Source: an uncultured bacterium
GTDB lineage: Bacteria > Chloroflexota > UBA5177 > JANWHV01
Direction of reading: 5' to 3'
Assembly: GCA_963827235.1 (NCBI GenBank)
Contig: CAWHAE010000009.1
Location: forward strand, 608,001 to 672,000
Length of the DNA stretch: 64,000 nucleotides
A program made the position numbers and the translations under genes. How positions within the stretch are numbered: position 1 is the first letter of the stretch; each line of letters begins with the position of its first letter. Shown here piece by piece: positions 28,943 through 38,141 of the stretch. The notes under the pieces are model-generated. The model searched no databases and was not told the DNA's origin. It saw only the letters and a program-made list of their open reading frames with translations.

Positions 28943-30415
28943 GTAAGAGTTCAGAGTCGAGGTCAAAGAGTCTGCAAGGCGTGGAGGCAGGCAGCGAAGG
29001 GGTTGAGGTCGCGCGCAGCCCAGGTGGAGAAGACGCTGGCCAGGTCGCAACGGATGGCCGAGCCGGCATCGCCGCGCGAGCCACCGCTGATCTTGCGGGC
29101 GATCACCTGGGGACGCACGGTGCGTTCGGCCAGGTTGTTCGTGGGGCTGACGCCGGGCGTGCGGATGAACTCGAACAGTTCGCTCTCATAGCGGTGCAGG
29201 CGGGTGGCCAAGACCTGAGCCGGATGCCCGGGCGTCGTGCGATAGCAGCGGGCCAGCAGCCGCAGCCGCCGTTCCAGGTTGCGGGCCACGCGGGCACGCT
29301 CCCGCAGGGTGCAGGCGGACAGGTCCAAGGCACGCGCACCGGCAAAGAGGTCCTTGAGCGCACGGACCCAGTCCTGCACGTCTGGCCGCGCAGGGCAGTC
29401 CGCACCGAGCTTGTGGGCGTCGCGCAAGAGATGGGCCCAACAGCGCTGGTGTGGTCCGGGGTACTGGTCGTAGGCCGCGTAGAAGTCGGTGCTCAGCACG
29501 CCGCCAAAGTCGCCCACCAGCTCCCGTGCCACCTGGCCCGATCGGCTCGGGTGGAAGGTATACAGCCGCGTGGCCGCCGGCCCGTCCGTGGCTTGCACCC
29601 ACAAATAGCCGTTCTGCCCGTCTTGGCGCCAGCCCGTTTCGTCCATGTACTGCACCGGACTGGCCCGTGTCTGGGCTCGAATCGTCGCCACCACCGGTGC
29701 CAACTGCTGCCGCAGGCGGGCCAGGATGTCTTGCAGGCCGCCGATCGAGAACCGGAGCCCGTAGACCTGGTCCAGCAAGGCTTGCACCTGTGCCAAGGGT
29801 AGCCGAGCGCTGGTGCGCAAGACACCAATCAGGCTGGCCAGCCGCACGCCTATCCGCCCCTGCCCCAACACCTGCCCCGCAAAAGAGACCCGCGGCGTCT
29901 TGTATGCGCGACAGACCGGACAGTACCGCTTGAGGATCTGGTGCTCCACCACGCTCACCGGCGTGGCCGGCACCTCCAGCACTTCCCGCCGCCGCTGCAC
30001 CGCTCCGTCGCGTAACGTATAGCCGCAATCCGGACAGCGGTCATAGGCGTGTCGGACGTATTGGCTCGGCGTGCTCCGCGGCCGACCATGGTTCTGCTCC
30101 GCCGCCCGCTGTCGCCGCGTTTCCCCTTCCGCCTTCTCCCGCTTGACCCGGTTGGCCTTGGCCCAGGGCGCCGGCGGCCGCTTCTCCGCCTCCAGTTCAG
30201 CTATCCGCTGTTCCAGTGCCGCCACTTTCACGCGTAAAGCCGCGTTTTCGACCTGGAGTTGCGCCACCTGCTCCCGCAGCAGCGCATTCTGGATCTGCAG
30301 TTCGGCAATCAGGGCGAGGGCGTCTTCGAGCGTCATCCCTTGACGCTACCCGCTTCATCCGTAGCGGGCCAGCAACCTCAACCGATTGCACCTGCATCTA
30401 CTTCTGAGCTCTTAC
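28943..30415 (-). mobile_element. Complete IS66-family element (single-ORF, ISBst12-like)
   Basis: Ends GTAAGAGTTCAGA / TCTGAGCTCTTAC (13-bp IR, 1 mismatch); 8-bp direct repeat CGGCGCGC at 28935-28942 and 30416-30423. Confidence 0.92.
28963..30336 (-). CDS. IS66-family transposase
   Basis: Leucine zipper, CPDCG/CPVC zinc ribbon, DETGW, STDFYAAY, QRCWAHLLR, PTNNLAER. Confidence 0.94.
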   Translation of the reverse strand: MTLEDALALIAELQIQNALLREQVAQLQVENAALRVKVAALEQRIAELEAEKRPPAPWAKANRVKREKAEGETRRQRAAEQNHGRPRSTPSQYVRHAYDRCPDCGYTLRDGAVQRRREVLEVPATPVSVVEHQILKRYCPVCRAYKTPRVSFAGQVLGQGRIGVRLASLIGVLRTSARLPLAQVQALLDQVYGLRFSIGGLQDILARLRQQLAPVVATIRAQTRASPVQYMDETGWRQDGQNGYLWVQATDGPAATRLYTFHPSRSGQVARELVGDFGGVLSTDFYAAYDQYPGPHQRCWAHLLRDAHKLGADCPARPDVQDWVRALKDLFAGARALDLSACTLRERARVARNLERRLRLLARCYRTTPGHPAQVLATRLHRYESELFEFIRTPGVSPTNNLAERTVRPQVIARKISGGSRGDAGSAIRCDLASVFSTWAARDLNPFAACLHALQTL

Positions 30416-30509
30416 CGGCGCGCTCCTTCTCTGTCCGCGATTCTCCGCTGGAGAAGATCTCGCTCGCCGGCCGGGCGCGAAGCGGCGCGCACGCTACGCG
30501 GTCCGCATC

Positions 30510-30549
30510 CGGACTGCCGGGGAAGGACGCATCCTTCCCCGGCAGTCCG
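30510..30549. terminator. Perfect 18-bp stem, 4-nt loop hairpin downstream of ogt
   Basis: CGGACTGCCGGGGAAGGA-CGCA-TCCTTCCCCGGCAGTCCG; no U-tract. Confidence 0.55.
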
Positions 30550-30693
30550 TTGACCTCGCCGAGCGCAGTATCGGCCTCGGTGGAGTGCCGCCGGGTATGG
30601 CGACTCACCGCACTACAGTACCGGCAGCATACCGTGAGCAGCCATCTACGCCGGCGATGCGCGTGCCGTACCGCCCGGCCGCCGGGCACGCCC

Positions 30694-31227
30694 TCAGACG
30701 GAGAGTGGCGCTGCCGCCTCCGGCACCGTGGTGCGCTGAGCGGCCTGTGCTTCGTGATCGAGCAGCCATCGCTTGCGCGCTAGGCCCCAGGCATAGCCTC
30801 CCAACCCGCCGTTTGACCGCAGGACGCGGTGGCAGGGCACGATCAGGGCGACAGCGTTGCGGCCGCATGCGGTGCCCGCGGCGCGCGAGGCGGCCGGATG
30901 CTGCAGACGCGATGCCAACTCGTGGTAGCTGATGGGCAGTCCCGACGGGATCTGTCGCAGTGCCTGCCAGGCGGCAAGGTAGAAGGCAGAGCCCTGCTGC
31001 GTCACCGGTATGTCGTCGATGGCCGACAGCCGGCCGTCGAAATACGCGGTCACGGCACGCGAGTGCTCCCCGAGGCCGGGCACGTGCTTGACGGCCGCCG
31101 GATCGCCCCCCGGAACTCGCAGGTCCTCGATAGTGCCGGTGAATCCTGCTGCGCAGATGCCGTCTCCATCGCTGACCAGGGTGAAGGGGCCGATCGGTGT
31201 GTGCAGAGTCGTCGTGTAGAGTTTCAT
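30694..31227 (-). CDS. ogt: Methylated-DNA-protein-cysteine methyltransferase
   Basis: RAAGTAC..N, IVPCHRV, GGYAWG...K.WLL.HE. Confidence 0.93.
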   Translation of the reverse strand: MKLYTTTLHTPIGPFTLVSDGDGICAAGFTGTIEDLRVPGGDPAAVKHVPGLGEHSRAVTAYFDGRLSAIDDIPVTQQGSAFYLAAWQALRQIPSGLPISYHELASRLQHPAASRAAGTACGRNAVALIVPCHRVLRSNGGLGGYAWGLARKRWLLDHEAQAAQRTTVPEAAAPLSV

Positions 31228-31248
31228 GGTTTCTCTCCTTATCGCGTA

Positions 31249-32742
31249 CTAGGCGTCGAGCGCCGATGGGCGTGCTTCCGCAGGCAGTGCGGCCGCTCGT
31301 GCCAGGCTGTTCCAGAGCAGGAATGCCGCATAGCCCCGCCAGGGATGCCATGTCTCGGACGCGGCGGCGAGGCTTTTTGGATCGCCGGGATAGCCTAGAC
31401 GCTCGCACGCGCGTCTCAGTCCAAGATCGTGCACGGGTAGGGCATCGGGGTCGCCGAGAGCACGCAGGGCAATGTACGAGGCGGTCCAGGGTCCAATGCC
31501 CGGCAGGGCTTGCAGGCGGGCCACGACGCTCGCGCGGTCTTCTCCGCGATCCAGCACGAGATCGCCTGCTGCCACTGCCTGAGCCAGTGCCCTCAGCGCC
31601 GCCGCCCGGCCGTTCATGAGCCCGATCCCCTCCAGATCCGCTTCGGCCACCGAGTCCGCGGTGGGGAAGTAGTGCGTGAGCGTTCCAACTGGGCTCGCCA
31701 GCGGCGTTCCCGCGCGTGCTACCAGACGGGCGGCCAAAACCTGGGCGCGCGCAACCGAGACCTGCTGGCCGAGAACGGCGCGAACGCCGAGCTCGAAGCC
31801 GTCGATCGTGCCCGGAATGCGGAGCCCGGGTTGTGCCGGCACGAGCGAGCCCAGGATCGGATCGGAACCGAGCGCCTCCGCGATCGCCGGCGGATCGGCG
31901 TCCAGGTCGAACATCTGCCGGCACCGCTGCACGAGGAGGGGAAGATCGGTCAGTACCTCGAAGCCAAGCCGGAGCGCCACGGTTGCCGACTCCTGCTGCG
32001 GTTCCAGCGTGATGCGCCCGCGACTGCGTGGCATTACCACGGTCCGGCTGTACGTGCCGGCGGTGACCTCCTCGATGCCCGGGACGGCATGGGCCGCCAG
32101 GAAGTCGAGCAGGGCTGCTGACGCCAGGGGAGGCCGGTAACGCAGCCTGAGCACGATGTCGCCCGATCCATGCGTCACGGCAGGCGTGCGCCTCCGCAGT
32201 GTCGAAGGGGTGCAGCCGAACGAGACCTGCATGGTGTCGTTGAACTGGCGAACGCTTTCGAAGCCGGCCGCGAAGGCGATGGACGTCATCGAGAGCGTAG
32301 TCTGGTCGATCAGCAGTCGGGCCGTCTGGGCTCGCCTGGTGCGGGCAAGGGCCAGCGGACCCGCGCCTACCTCCGTCATGAGCTCGCGATGGAGATGTCG
32401 CGGGCTGACGGCGAGACGCTTGGCCAGGCCGTCGACGCCGCCGGCATCGACCACGCCGTCGGCGATCATGCGCAGGGCGCGCGCCACGAGATTGGCACGC
32501 ACGTTCCATTCCGGAGAGCCCGGGCTCGTCTCCGGCCGGCACCTCCGACAGGCCCGGAACCCGGCGGCCTCTGCCGCGGCCGCACAGGCGTAGAACTGTA
32601 CGTTTGCCGGCTTTGGCGTCTGCGCGGGGCAGATTGGTCGGCAGTAGATGCCGGTCGTGGTCACGGCCGTGAAAAAGCGCCCATCGAATCGAGAATCACG
32701 GCTACAGACCGCTCGATAGCACGACTCAAAGTCGAGAAGCAT
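31249..32742 (-). CDS. alkA: Ada-AlkA fusion (Ada Zn/AraC N-terminus plus DNA-3-methyladenine glycosylase II)
   Basis: TTGIYCRPICP, FRACRRCRP, AraC HTH, LGQQVS, LPGIGPWTA, WHPWRGYA. Confidence 0.92.
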   Translation of the reverse strand: MLLDFESCYRAVCSRDSRFDGRFFTAVTTTGIYCRPICPAQTPKPANVQFYACAAAAEAAGFRACRRCRPETSPGSPEWNVRANLVARALRMIADGVVDAGGVDGLAKRLAVSPRHLHRELMTEVGAGPLALARTRRAQTARLLIDQTTLSMTSIAFAAGFESVRQFNDTMQVSFGCTPSTLRRRTPAVTHGSGDIVLRLRYRPPLASAALLDFLAAHAVPGIEEVTAGTYSRTVVMPRSRGRITLEPQQESATVALRLGFEVLTDLPLLVQRCRQMFDLDADPPAIAEALGSDPILGSLVPAQPGLRIPGTIDGFELGVRAVLGQQVSVARAQVLAARLVARAGTPLASPVGTLTHYFPTADSVAEADLEGIGLMNGRAAALRALAQAVAAGDLVLDRGEDRASVVARLQALPGIGPWTASYIALRALGDPDALPVHDLGLRRACERLGYPGDPKSLAAASETWHPWRGYAAFLLWNSLARAAALPAEARPSALDA

Positions 32743-32812
32743 GGGGAGACCGCCTTTTTGAAAGGGAACGAACGCGGTAGGTGGCGCCGCGGCCATCGTC
32801 GACGATGACCTT

Positions 32813-32856
32813 AGTCTACCCCCTGGACCGTGCAGCGTCTGGCGGTTTTCGGACAT
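32813..32856 (-). promoter_or_regulatory. Putative Ada-responsive promoter
   Basis: Minus strand ATGTCCGAAAACCGCCAG (loosely Ada-box-like) followed by TAGACT -10. Confidence 0.3.
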
Positions 32857-32917
32857 GCTCGTCGATCGCGAGCCGCCGGTACAGGAGGCGCCGATCGGCG
32901 CCCACCACCCGCTTCCG

Positions 32918-33745
32918 CTACAGCTGTGTGCTCAAGAGCATCGGGGCTGATGGGGTGGTGAGCGTGCGGTCCATGGGCTCCAATGTGATTTCCATCATCG
33001 TGGCGCCGTGCGGATCCATGCCCTTGTCCTTGTCCATCACGAACATGGCGAGCTGGCTTGCATCCGGCACCAGGGGACCGTAGAATCTCCACTGCCCGTC
33101 GCGCTCAATCCAGCAGGTGTAGCCCTTGTCGCTGGGCGGCTTGGACATGCCTGAGATGATCAGCAAACCGCCGCCGCTGTTGCTCGGCACGATGACCTCG
33201 CCGAGCATGCCGCGCCTTGTCGCGGGGCCTTTGAGCGGCATGGCCACGTGCGGCGAGATGAGCGCCTGTTCCAGCAGATGTGACTGTTGGGTGTCGTATC
33301 GGTTCTTCACGTCCGCGTATTGATGGTTCATGCTGATCCAGGCGCCGGCGAACACTGCGGCCAGGAGCGTGGGAACGGCCATGGCGGCCGCCAGCAGCCA
33401 GCGCATCATGGGTATCCGGCGGCCCGCGGCGGCGCGCACGAAGGGTGCTTTCGGCCGCGGCATCACCTCGGGCACGGGTACCGGGCGGACAGGCGCCGTC
33501 TCACCCGTCGCGGGCCGCATTTCCAGGGCAATCCGGGCCAGGAACTGCGTGCGGAGCTCGGGGCCGGGCTCGGCGGCTGCACAGTCCTGCCCGAGGATGG
33601 CGTGCAGACACTCGGCGACGCTCGCCGCTTCAAGCCTGCAGTCGGAGCAACGGGCCAGGTGGGAGATGATCTCCACGCGCTCGGCCGGCTCCAGCGCATC
33701 CAGGCAATACGCGGCCAGCATATCCAGACAGTGTTTCTCGCTCAT
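32918..33745 (-). CDS. Anti-sigma factor (zf-HC2, TM, RskA-like C-terminus)
   Basis: YCLDALE..E...HLARCSDC; one TM; ITLEP motif; ATGA overlap with sigma factor. Confidence 0.85.
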   Translation of the reverse strand: MSEKHCLDMLAAYCLDALEPAERVEIISHLARCSDCRLEAASVAECLHAILGQDCAAAEPGPELRTQFLARIALEMRPATGETAPVRPVPVPEVMPRPKAPFVRAAAGRRIPMMRWLLAAAMAVPTLLAAVFAGAWISMNHQYADVKNRYDTQQSHLLEQALISPHVAMPLKGPATRRGMLGEVIVPSNSGGGLLIISGMSKPPSDKGYTCWIERDGQWRFYGPLVPDASQLAMFVMDKDKGMDPHGATMMEITLEPMDRTLTTPSAPMLLSTQL

Positions 33746-34323
33746 TCCGGTACCTGGTCCATCTCGCGCAGAAGCTCGCGCAGTTTTTGCGTTGCCAGCC
33801 GCATTCTTGTCTTTACGGTGCCGAGCGGATCGCCCAGGTGCTCGGCAATCTCGGCCTGCGTCAATCCAGAATAATATGCCAACTCCATGACACGACGCTG
33901 TGGCGACGGCAGCGCAGCCAGGGCGTGCTGGATCTCGGTGCGCCGCGCACTGCTTACCACTTCCTCCTCTGGGCTGTCCGTATTCGTAGCGGCGACTTGA
34001 GCCAGCTGCTCTTCCGGATCTCCGGCAGCTCGTTGTGGCCGTACGCCTCGGCGGCGCAGCTCGTCGACGGCGAGGTTCCGTGCTATGCCGAGCAGCCAGC
34101 TCGACAGACGGCCCAGTGAAGGCTGGTACGATGCGGCCTGACGCCACGCGCGCAGAAACACTTCCTGAACCAGTTCTTCCGTGCTCTCACGATCGCCGAG
34201 CATGCGCAGCCCGAGGGAAAACACGAGACTGCTGTAGCGATCGTAGAGTGCAGCGATTGCATGACCATCCCCGCGCCGGACGCCATCCATCAACGAGTCG
34301 TCCGACGCCTCTTCATACTGCAC
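33742..34323 (-). CDS. ECF RNA polymerase sigma factor (SigK-like)
   Basis: LYDRY, QEVFL, WL..IARN.AVD.LR, LAYYSGLTQAEIA....PLGTVKTRMR. Confidence 0.92.
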   Translation of the reverse strand: MQYEEASDDSLMDGVRRGDGHAIAALYDRYSSLVFSLGLRMLGDRESTEELVQEVFLRAWRQAASYQPSLGRLSSWLLGIARNLAVDELRRRGVRPQRAAGDPEEQLAQVAATNTDSPEEEVVSSARRTEIQHALAALPSPQRRVMELAYYSGLTQAEIAEHLGDPLGTVKTRMRLATQKLRELLREMDQVPE

Positions 34324-34384
34324 GGATATTGACCTTACGGGCAGTGCCGGTCAGGCGGAACCTGCCCACCCGCTACCTCAATAC

Positions 34385-34410
34385 TACGAAAGAACGCGGC
34401 TTTTGGATTC
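34385..34410 (-). promoter_or_regulatory. Putative autoregulatory ECF promoter
   Basis: Minus strand GAATCC-N16-CGTA about 60 nt upstream of the sigma start. Confidence 0.45.
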
Positions 34411-34503
34411 AGCCGGCCGCTGTACCATAGTGGAGCTTGCATGCCGGCCTCTCCCGCTCATTATAGGCTGTAGCCGTTCAGTCGAACGACTGCGGTGTGG
34501 GTT

Positions 34504-35403
34504 ATGAGTTGTCCTGAATCAGCTACGCTCGGTCCGCTGCTTTGCCCCTACTGTGGTGCTTTGCTCGCCCGCGACGCTCGCACGTTTCGCTGTGAGCACG
34601 ACCATACCTTCGACATCGCCCGCCAGGGCTACGTCTATCTGCGGCGAACGCGCAACAGCGGCGACAGCGCAGAGATGCTGCGTGCTCGTCGCGCCTTCCT
34701 TGACGGCGGCCATTTCGCGCCGCTGGCAGATCTGGTCTCACGGGCGGCCGAATCCGTCGTCGCGCATCCGCCCGCCACCTGGGCGCATGCGCGACAGCAA
34801 CCCGACGACGGGTCCTCTGCGATCGAGATCCTCGACTCCGGCTGCGGCGAAGGCTACTACCTGGAGCGGCTGGGCTCGTATCTGGCCGATACCGTGCCCG
34901 GGCAGCACTGCCGCTATTGGGGGCTCGACAGCTCGCGCGACGCGACGCGGATGGCTGCCGGGCGCTGCCGCGATGCCACCTTCGTGGTCGGAGACTGCAA
35001 GGATGCGCTGCCCTTCGCCACCGGCTCACTTCACGCCCTGGTCGACATCTTCGCGCCGCGGAATGCCGCCGAGTTCTCGCGCGTGCTCGCACCGGGCGGC
35101 TTGCTGCTCATCGTGGTGCCCGGCATCGACCACCTGGCAGAGCTACGGGATCGCTACCGCCTCCTCGGCATAGAGGCGCAGAAGGTAGAACACCTCCTGG
35201 CCGATCTGGGCGGCTACTTCTCCGCGTTCGAGGTGCGAACGTTGAAGCTGACGCTCGATCTCTCGCCGGCCGATGTCGCGCGATTGGTCTCGATGACGCC
35301 CAACCGGCGCCACGGCGCGGCGGCGTCAATTCGGGATGAAGGCGAGCGCGTCACCGCCTCGTTCAGGCTTGCAACCTGTCGGAGACGGGTAGATGCCGCT
35401 TGA
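34504..35403 (+). CDS. RlmA-like SAM-dependent rRNA (guanine-N1) methyltransferase
   Basis: CPYC...C...HTFD.ARQGYV zinc finger, GDSAEML.ARR.FL, LDSGCGEGYY, FAPRN. Confidence 0.85.
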   Translation: MSCPESATLGPLLCPYCGALLARDARTFRCEHDHTFDIARQGYVYLRRTRNSGDSAEMLRARRAFLDGGHFAPLADLVSRAAESVVAHPPATWAHARQQPDDGSSAIEILDSGCGEGYYLERLGSYLADTVPGQHCRYWGLDSSRDATRMAAGRCRDATFVVGDCKDALPFATGSLHALVDIFAPRNAAEFSRVLAPGGLLLIVVPGIDHLAELRDRYRLLGIEAQKVEHLLADLGGYFSAFEVRTLKLTLDLSPADVARLVSMTPNRRHGAAASIRDEGERVTASFRLATCRRRVDAA

Positions 35404-36049
35404 GAAAGGCGAGCGTTCGCTCCCAGGCCAGCTGCGCGGCCCCCGGATTGTAGGCGTCGGCCCGATCGGATTCGAAAAACCAGTGCCCGGTACCCGGATA
35501 GACGTGGAAGGTCGCCTCCCGTCCCTGGGCCCGCAGGCGCCGCTCGACCGTTCTGGCGGTCTCCACCTCTTCGTAGGGATCGGTTTCCGCGAAGTGCCCC
35601 AGAAATGCCGAGCGCGTCTGCTCGAGAGCGCGATCGGCCAGGCCGTAGAACACCACAGTGGCTGCTATATCGGCGGGCCGGCTGTCCGCGAGTGCCATGG
35701 CGAAGTAGGCGCCGAGCGAAAAGCCGACCACGCCCATTGGCCCCGCTGCCGTCTCCTCGCGATCCCGGAGGTACGCCGCCGCGCCGGCTACCTCGCGCAT
35801 CACCCACGCGGGATCGAGCGCGTCACGCAGGCGCGTAGCGTCCTCGATCGTGGCGGCGATCGCGCCGTGATAGAGATCGGGGGCAAGCACTACGAATCCC
35901 TGGCCGGCCAGCCGATCGGCAAAGCTCTTCATACAGGCGTTCAGACCCCACCACGGATGCAGGACGATCACTCCGCATCCAGTCGCCCCTCCATCCGGAA
36001 GCGCCAGATGCGCACAGGCGTCACCTTCCTCAACGGCAAATCCGACCAT
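35363..36049 (-). CDS. Dienelactone hydrolase-family protein
   Basis: HPWWGL, APDLYHG, GFSLG, YPGTGHWF. Confidence 0.88.
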   Translation of the reverse strand: MVGFAVEEGDACAHLALPDGGATGCGVIVLHPWWGLNACMKSFADRLAGQGFVVLAPDLYHGAIAATIEDATRLRDALDPAWVMREVAGAAAYLRDREETAAGPMGVVGFSLGAYFAMALADSRPADIAATVVFYGLADRALEQTRSAFLGHFAETDPYEEVETARTVERRLRAQGREATFHVYPGTGHWFFESDRADAYNPGAAQLAWERTLAFLKRHLPVSDRLQA

Positions 36050-36149
36050 ATCTTTTCCCCCTGTCCGGCCACGAAGAAGTCACAAATAGTAGCGTACGAG
36101 GCCGATGCCGGGGTTGTCGACGGACTATTCGTCGAACTCGCCGCCCATC

Positions 36150-36821
36150 TCAAGGAAGCACCTCGATCCTTGCCGCTCGCGCGCCCGGCGAGAAGACCGT
36201 CACGTTCTCGAGAATGTCTTCGAGGTGCGCGACAACCGCCATTCTGTCGACTCCCGGCGGCGCGTAGACGACGTAGAGGACCTCGGTCGTCTGGCTGCCG
36301 ATCTTCGTCCGGCCATCCGGGCCATGGAGCACGGCGGAGAGTATGCCGTTGCCGTCTCTCACGTACATGTCGCCGGCCGTGAGTGCCTGCGTCCGGCCGT
36401 TCATCATGGCGAGCTCCTCGTCGCCGGCGGCCACGCTTGCCAGCAGCGGCGGGAGAAGCAGGGCACGGTCGTGGCCGGCCGTCAGCATCTGATTCTTGAG
36501 CTCGGCCATGAACATGGCCTCGACCAGGCAATTGGCACGCGGGATGTCTTTACCGCCCGAGATGATGGATTCCAGCTGCAACAGCACATGATAGGTCTTG
36601 CGGAAGCCCTTGTAGTAGGACGCGTAGGATCGAAGCGGCTCCGTCTGCAGCAGATCAGATCGAGTCATCCCCTCGAAGTGCTCGCGCAGCCATGTCTCCA
36701 GCGCCTTCTTCCGGGCGTTCAGACCCGGGTCCTCGCCGGCATTAGCCGCGTTTTCCAGGGCCAGGATACCGATGTATGCGTCGGGATACGCGTCGCGAAA
36801 TGAGGCGCTGAGGTTCAACAT
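36150..36821 (-). CDS. Stand-alone B3/B4 (PheT editing-like) domain protein
   Basis: Y..YYK.F.KTYHVLLQLES, LTAGHD, GDMYVRD..G, GPD.RTKI. Confidence 0.8.
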   Translation of the reverse strand: MLNLSASFRDAYPDAYIGILALENAANAGEDPGLNARKKALETWLREHFEGMTRSDLLQTEPLRSYASYYKGFRKTYHVLLQLESIISGGKDIPRANCLVEAMFMAELKNQMLTAGHDRALLLPPLLASVAAGDEELAMMNGRTQALTAGDMYVRDGNGILSAVLHGPDGRTKIGSQTTEVLYVVYAPPGVDRMAVVAHLEDILENVTVFSPGARAARIEVLP

Positions 36822-36879
36822 GGCGACCAGACGCCCTCCACAAAAATCTACCGGCCCACGCCCGAGAAGCCCGGACCTT

Positions 36880-37827
36880 TCAATGGTAGAACGGCGCGGT
36901 GGCTTGCGCCACCGTCCGCACAGCCTGCATGATCGCGGCGAATTGCCGCAAATCCACGGTCTGGGCCGCGTCGCTCCAGGCGTGGTCCGGCACCGGATGC
37001 ACCTCGATGATCAGGCCGGCGGCACCGGCGGCGATGGCCGCTAGCGACATCGGCTGAATCAGCGATCGCCTGCCCGTGGCATGACTGGGGTCGACGATCA
37101 CCGGGAGGTGCGTGAGCTCGCGCAGAAGCGGCACGGCGCTGAGGTCCAGCTGATTACGCAGGGTGGAGTCGATGCCGCGCACGCCGCGCTCGCAGAGCAC
37201 CACCTGATCATTGCCTTCAGCAAGAATGTACTCTGCCGCGAGCAGCCACTCCTCGATCGTCGCGGCGAGACCCCGTTTCAGGAGAACCGGCTTATGTTGG
37301 CGGCCGACGGCGCGCAGCAACGGGTAGTTCTGCATGTTGCGGCTGCCGATCTGCAGCATGTCGGCATACCGGGCAACCAGATCGACGTCACCCGGTTCGA
37401 TCACCTCGGTCACCACGGGCAGGCCGGTGCGGGCGCGGGCCCGCGCCAGCAGCATCAGCCCCTCCTCACCAAGTCCACTGAACGCATAGGGAGAGGTACG
37501 AGGCTTGAAAGCGCCGCCGCGCAGGATCTCGCCGCCGGCGGCGCGTACGGCTTCGGCGGTAGAGAGCAACTGCTCCTCGCTTTCCACGGAGCATGGGCCG
37601 CCGATCACGACCGGACGGCCGCTGCCTATCCGTACGTTGCCGACCTGCACCACCGAGGCTGCCTGGCCCGGCAGGCGCTGCGCAAGACGATACGGCCTCG
37701 CTGGCGCGGGCTCCGCGTTCGTACTGGTTGGGGCTTCTAGCGCCGGCCCGGACGGCTGCGTGGCAGTTTCCTGCCGGTGCCGTTCGCCTGTGGCCGCGGC
37801 ATTGTCGACGAGATTGGTTGATTGCAT
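36880..37827 (-). CDS. aroF: 3-deoxy-7-phosphoheptulonate (DAHP) synthase, type I-beta
   Basis: [48 protein letters not shown]. Confidence 0.93.
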   Translation of the reverse strand: MQSTNLVDNAAATGERHRQETATQPSGPALEAPTSTNAEPAPARPYRLAQRLPGQAASVVQVGNVRIGSGRPVVIGGPCSVESEEQLLSTAEAVRAAGGEILRGGAFKPRTSPYAFSGLGEEGLMLLARARARTGLPVVTEVIEPGDVDLVARYADMLQIGSRNMQNYPLLRAVGRQHKPVLLKRGLAATIEEWLLAAEYILAEGNDQVVLCERGVRGIDSTLRNQLDLSAVPLLRELTHLPVIVDPSHATGRRSLIQPMSLAAIAAGAAGLIIEVHPVPDHAWSDAAQTVDLRQFAAIMQAVRTVAQATAPFYH

Positions 37828-37872
37828 GGCTACGGGCTCCTCTCCTGCTGACGCATTGGTCGATAACCCAAC

Positions 37873-37899
37873 AAAAAAGCAGAGGCCGAAACCTCTGCT
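37873..37899 (-). terminator. Intrinsic terminator of the aroF attenuator
   Basis: Minus strand AGCAGAGG-TTTCGG-CCTCTGC-TTTTTT, ~45 nt before the aroF ATG. Confidence 0.88.
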
Positions 37900-37959
37900 C
37901 AATTCCCGGTATGACTGCTGCCGCTCGTCGGCGGCGCGGGCGCTTCGCCCACCTCACGG

Positions 37960-38061
37960 TCATACCGGGCTGCTAAACCACCAGTAGTAAGAGGACACGA
38001 CGACAGCCACGACCGGGGAGGTCGTGCGGCAGACTGCCTGCTGGTCGTCGCGCATGCGCAT
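37960..38061 (-). CDS. Aromatic-amino-acid attenuator leader peptide
   Basis: Manual translation MRMRDDQQAVCRTTSPVVAVVVSSYYWWFSSPV*; TAC TAC TGG TGG TTT run. Confidence 0.8.
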   Translation of the reverse strand: MRMRDDQQAVCRTTSPVVAVVVSSYYWWFSSPV

Positions 38062-38141
38062 GAAGTGGGCGCTTTCTCGTGCACGAGGCCGATCCGGCCT
38101 CAAGCCGATACTAGCACGGCGCGATCATCTGTGTCAAAGGT

